Shown piece after piece: positions 59,425 to 64,000 of a stretch of DNA of 64,000 nucleotides. This DNA is from Spongospora subterranea f. sp. subterranea (lineage: Eukaryota), in contig JAUGWO010000148.1 in the NCBI GenBank assembly GCA_049724395.1, positions 1 to 64,000 of the forward strand. The letters run 5' to 3'. The notes beneath the pieces were generated by a model. It was given only the letters and a program-made list of their open reading frames with translations. It was not told where the DNA came from and did no database searches. The number at the start of each line of letters is the position of its first letter. The first letter of the stretch is position 1. Both the position numbers and the translations under genes were made by a program.

Positions 59425-61579
59425 ATGAAGCAATCATCCATTAAATCGTATTTTGGTGCCAAAAAAAGTAATGAGTCTAAAACTGAAGTAGACAGGGTAA
59501 AGGATTCACCTAATAATCATGACTGTGTTTTAATATCTGATGACGATAACGGTAATATTTTCCCATTCCAATACAACATGTCCCTGATATGAATCGCCTC
59601 ACCAGGAGCGGTTACGATCCCCATAACCTCTAGCCCTCTATTACTGCCCACCAGGACCACCGCTCCCCTGCGTCCTCCCACCAGATCCTCACCCGCCCCT
59701 TTATCTATGCCGCCTCCCGATACCCGCTTTACCAATGGTCCAGATAATAAGGCTCCCGTCGAGAAGATGGTCAATGATTATATATCCTCGATCAGCGGCC
59801 GTCAGTTATGCGATTATGTCCCTTCCCTCTCCCCTGCCCATATCGCCAAGGGTCTGTGTCGAGGACTATCAACAGCTAATGGCCCTCGTAGATCCCAGTT
59901 ATGGTCTAAGACCTTTAGCGACATTAGAGGGTACCTGGGGATAGAGTCGATAAGATGATGAAGGCGTGGGTTGGAATGTTCACAACACCTGATCCGGATA
60001 GGGTTGATCCAGATATAATGGATCAGCTTGACGATATTAAGGTTGTCAATAGTGATGATCGTGGACGACAACAGGACTGGATTGTTGATGATAGCGACTC
60101 TGATATTGATCAGGAGTCGCAGCGAATTTGCCCCGTTATGATATTGGAAGGCGCTACGGGAACTGGCAAAACCTCGTCGGTACATGCGTCGTTAGCCGCT
60201 CTGAATAATAATCATCATGGCGTTCTTGAGATAAACACGTCGCAGCGTAGACGGTACGCTGATATCATGAAGCAATTCAAAGAGGCGACACAGTCTCATT
60301 GGATTGATCATATCAATATATCTGCTGATAAGAGTTGTGCTAAGACGAAGAACTTGAAAAAGCAAAAACGTACGAAAAAGTCTAAAATGGTGACCGATAA
60401 TAAGAAACATTCGGTTATCCTAATAGATGATGTTGATATTGAATTAGAGGACGATATGGGTTAGGGTCGATTATATCTCATGTGGTTTTTGGTGATTGAT
60501 GGTGATCTTTATTATAGGATTCCATCGCGGCATCATATCCCTGTCTAAACACACCCGTCAACCGATCGTCCTGACCTGCGCTTCTCTCCCTGATCATATC
60601 CGCTCAGGCCTATCGAATGGCTATTACTCCCTGGAAATGGCCCAGCCTCATGACGCCACTCTCTCCTCCCACCTCATCCTAATCTGCATAGCTATGGCAG
60701 CGGTATCTCTTCCTTCCTCCACCGATCTCCTCCGTTGTTTAGCCTATTCCCATTACGATATTCGCTCCGTTCTTAACCATCTTCAGTTCTGGCTCCCGAC
60801 TCGCCCTGATCTTATGTTCAGCATTACTAAGGACCTTGTATATTCCTGTTTATCATCTCCTCGCACCGATCTCTATCCTCATATCGCTGGCCTCACCAAT
60901 ATCCCTGTCAATTATCTCATATCCAGCCCTAGACACGCCGATCGTGCCCGCCTTGCACATCATTTTATTGATATCGAACGTCCCGACACTCTTCATTCTC
61001 ATTATCTGACTCTGATGGATAAGGAAGAGATGATGCCCGTTCAGTCCATAATATGCAATCTTTGAGCAGTGTTGCAGACGGGTTAAGCATAAGTGATGTG
61101 TTGAGCAGACCATTTGACCGGTTTGTTGACCTGGCTGTACATCATGATGCCTGCTCATTACGATCGTGGATAATATCGGCTTCTATGTTATCAAATCAAA
61201 ATAGTGATCATCTTCATCACTTATCGCTGCATTGCTCCCTTCCTAGCCCCGATACCACTTCTCTCACTGAATTGTGGAGCCAACTCACTCCATCACATCC
61301 ATTGTCGAAACAACATCCATCTTCCCAATCATTCATAACCGATACTGTATCTGCATTGAGGATCATATCGAATGAGGACAAAAAGAAGGAAGACCAATAC
61401 GAATCAGGAAGGCTGAAAAGGAGGAGGTTGACATAAATTCAATTGACTTCACCATTCACACTAATCTTATTTATATATGATAATATAGGTTTCAAGCATA
61501 TCTCGAAAACAGAGTCGCTACCTCAGGAGTTGAATGGTTAAAGCAACAGCAATGGACATCTACAACAATCGATACCTAA
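59425..61579 (+). CDS. ATAD5: ATAD5/ELG1-like RFC large subunit; two frame breaks
   Basis: N-terminal PIP-like QSSIKSYF, Walker A GATGTGKT, VLEINTSQRR, EATQSH, ILIDDVDI..EDD.GF, PIVLTC, DIRSVLNHLQFW. Confidence 0.8.
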
Positions 61580-61797
61580 TAATTTTTAAAGAATGATTTT
61601 GACTCTAAAGTTTCAATATTTATCATGTTTTTTACTTCATCGTGACTCTGCTGTAATCGTGCAAAACCATGACAATTGGATGGAAGATATTTTTGATACT
61701 TATTTGGTGCCCTGAATCTAAATTGATCGCCAGTAATATCTGGTAATCGGTCCTGATTATTCACAAGTAAACTGTAGTGGAATCGCTCGTCAGAAAG

Positions 61798-63460
61798 ATG
61801 GGGGCCCTTCTGACTTGTGCCCGGTCAGATCCACACGATGTGCATAAGCCATTCTCTGAACAGTACCAACTGGGTTCTGAGCTTGGCAAAGGGCATTTCG
61901 CCACAGTCAACGTGTGCACAAATAAGAGATCTCAGAGCAAATATGCTGTGAAGATTATCAATAAGAGAAGAGTGACCAATCCAATGGCCATGAGAGAGGA
62001 AGTTGCTGTATTACGGCGAGTTGGAAAACACAGGTTTTGTGTTCATCTGTTTGAGGTCCACGAAGACGAATCGAATTTCTATCTGGTGATGGAGTTATGT
62101 ACCGGCGGCGACCTGTTCTCCCGTATTGTGGATTATGGTAGCTATTCCGAAAAAGATGCAGGGAGAACTTTATTTCAGCTAGGGACAGCTTTAGACCATA
62201 TCCACAAACAAGGAATCACTCATAGAGATCTCAAGGTTGTCACATCTTGATCATCGTTTTTCATGGCAAATCGACTGATTAACTTTCGGTGGCAATAGCC
62301 GGAAAATATATTGCTTTCGACAAACATGGTCGATTCGGACCTCAAAGTTGGCGATTTTGGTTTATCTAAGATATTAGATAGTAATCAAGCTGTCATGAAG
62401 ACGAGTAAGGATTGTTTTGACTGATTTTGCATTAATTCTTACCTAATTTCTAACGCCTTTGTGCGAATTGTTTTGATAGTATGTGGTACATGGGCATATT
62501 GTGGTAAGTGACGCTATTCAATACGGAATCGCATCGTATCGCATTACCAAACTCACCCATTCGTTTTGACTTTATATTAGCGCCTGAGGTCATTGAGCAG
62601 AAGCCATATACAAATCTGGTTGATAACTGGACCTTGGGCGTACTGATGTTTATATTGTAAGTTTGATGAACTTGACAAAAAAATGAAGAGTTGAGATGAT
62701 CTAACATGACGTTGGTTGTTATAGGTTGAGTGGGGTTAGTATATGATTATGATATGATATAATAATCATCATCTTAACCACCGTTGTTGCAGTATCACCC
62801 ATTTGATGACTTTGGGGACCTTCCTGAACCTGAACTATTAGAGCGTATTGTCGCGTGTCAATATAACTTTAATGATCCGGTGTGGAATGAGATAAGTGAT
62901 CCTCGTAAGGATATTTCATCTTCATCCTAATTGATGTGCAACGTCCTAACGGTTTTACTTAGCAAAGCACATAATACGATCGCTACTTAAGCTGGTTCCC
63001 GAGCAGAGGATGTCCTTAGAAACATTCTTATCCCATCCCTGGATTAATGGGGCAATCACTAATGTAGCTCCATTGAAAGGTACTCTGACGAGGATGCAGA
63101 GCTTCAACAGCGGCAGGCGAGGAAAGGTGGGATTCGTTGGTAAACCTGATCCGCTCCGAACATATTCTGAAATTAAAGTAATAGACTGGATTATTATCCC
63201 AATGTAGTACAACTACATTTGATATTGAACCCAGCCAAGAGAGCAAAGCTAATTTTGCCTCTGGTATTGCAAAAAGACGTATATCAGAATCTGATGAAGA
63301 TTTTGATGATGGAAAGATGCCTGGTACCGGAGGGGGTGACGAATCAGAAGGGAAAGATGGAGGAACAGTTGGACATACAGTGCAGTTCGGATCGGTTGTA
63401 GGAGGTGATCGAACAGATGATGGTGGTGATATCAACAATATGGTATCGGTGTCAAATTAA
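61798..63460 (+). CDS. CAMK-family Ser/Thr kinase with a likely N-myristoylation/palmitoylation start (MGALLTC), multi-exon
   Basis: LGKGHFATV, AVKII, HRDLKPEN, DFGLS, CGTWAYCAPE, HPWI. Confidence 0.93.
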
Positions 63461-63846
63461 CAGAAAAAACAATTAGCACAAGGTGATGACGACTAATTGA
63501 CTGGCGATGAGGCGCTGGATCTTAATAACCATAATGATATTGACTGTATTGACCCAGCTAAAGGAGCTGGTTATTTACTGTCTAGTAGTAATAAACGGGA
63601 TCTGTTTATCTTCATTGGCAGACTGGCACAATACTATCTGATTGGAATAGACTTCGACGGTGGGATCAGGTTATTGGCTCAATCTGTCAACTGCTGTCTG
63701 CAGACTTTACCCAACATCAGTTCAAAGGTGTTTTCTATGTCAATACAATGAGGATTGATGGCGGTTCTCATGAGTACGGCGCTGCTGGTGTTAATAAACA
63801 TTTTCCGGGAACACCGACGTATTCATGGGACCGATATTCTCCTCAA

Positions 63847-64000
63847 GTTGTGCGTTGGCTGCAGAAAACGAACAGCTTCAATCCTGGAACACCGTTGAGG
63901 CTCGCCATATCGAACTGGAGTTGTGCGTTGGCCATATCGAACTGGAGTTGTGCGTTGGCTGCAGAAAACGAACAGCTTCAATCCTGGAACACCGTTGAGG
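63847..64000. repeat. Start of a tandem repeat (100-bp period containing a 27-bp internal duplication), cut by the window end
   Basis: gttgtgcgttggctgcagaaaacgaacagcttcaatcctggaacaccgttgagg occurs twice; gccatatcgaactggagttgtgcgttg occurs twice. Confidence 0.85.

Noticed and set aside
1..64000. tRNA, rRNA, telomeric arrays or a non-standard genetic code
   Set aside because: No cloverleaf, rRNA block or telomere array was seen; the conserved genes examined translate with the standard code once introns are removed.

Overview
This is gene-dense eukaryotic nuclear DNA with many short (about 50-70 nt) GT-AG introns and the standard genetic code. The style suggests a compact protist genome, possibly a phytomyxid; that is unverified inference. 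Recognisable genes, in order: RNA polymerase I largest subunit (RPA1) head-to-head with the shared Pol I/III subunit RPAC1/AC40, MMS19, an LNK-like/zinc-finger protein, DHX37, cullin-3, an A20/AN1 zinc-finger protein, ArfGAP, RPL30, an apparently inactive 2OG-Fe(II) oxygenase, MECR, a LYAR-type zinc-finger protein, an LRR/mucin membrane protein, UNC-50, a DHHC palmitoyltransferase, a MAIP1-like protein, an MTRR-like reductase lacking its FMN domain, an orphan gene, RecQ, ATAD5/ELG1 and a CAMK-family kinase. Intergenic DNA holds several tandem arrays, a decayed chromovirus fragment, a decayed cysteine-protease gene and five inverted repeats between 42 and 50 kb. The most notable signals are: a CGGA-N-TCCG motif shared by the promoters of the ribosome-biogenesis genes, a plant LNK-clock-like domain in a non-plant genome, a structured long intron in MECR, one-repeat-per-exon LRR cassettes, and several frame breaks in conserved genes (most likely assembly indels). 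No rRNA, tRNA or CRISPR array was seen. Exon boundaries were read by eye and no database searches were run.
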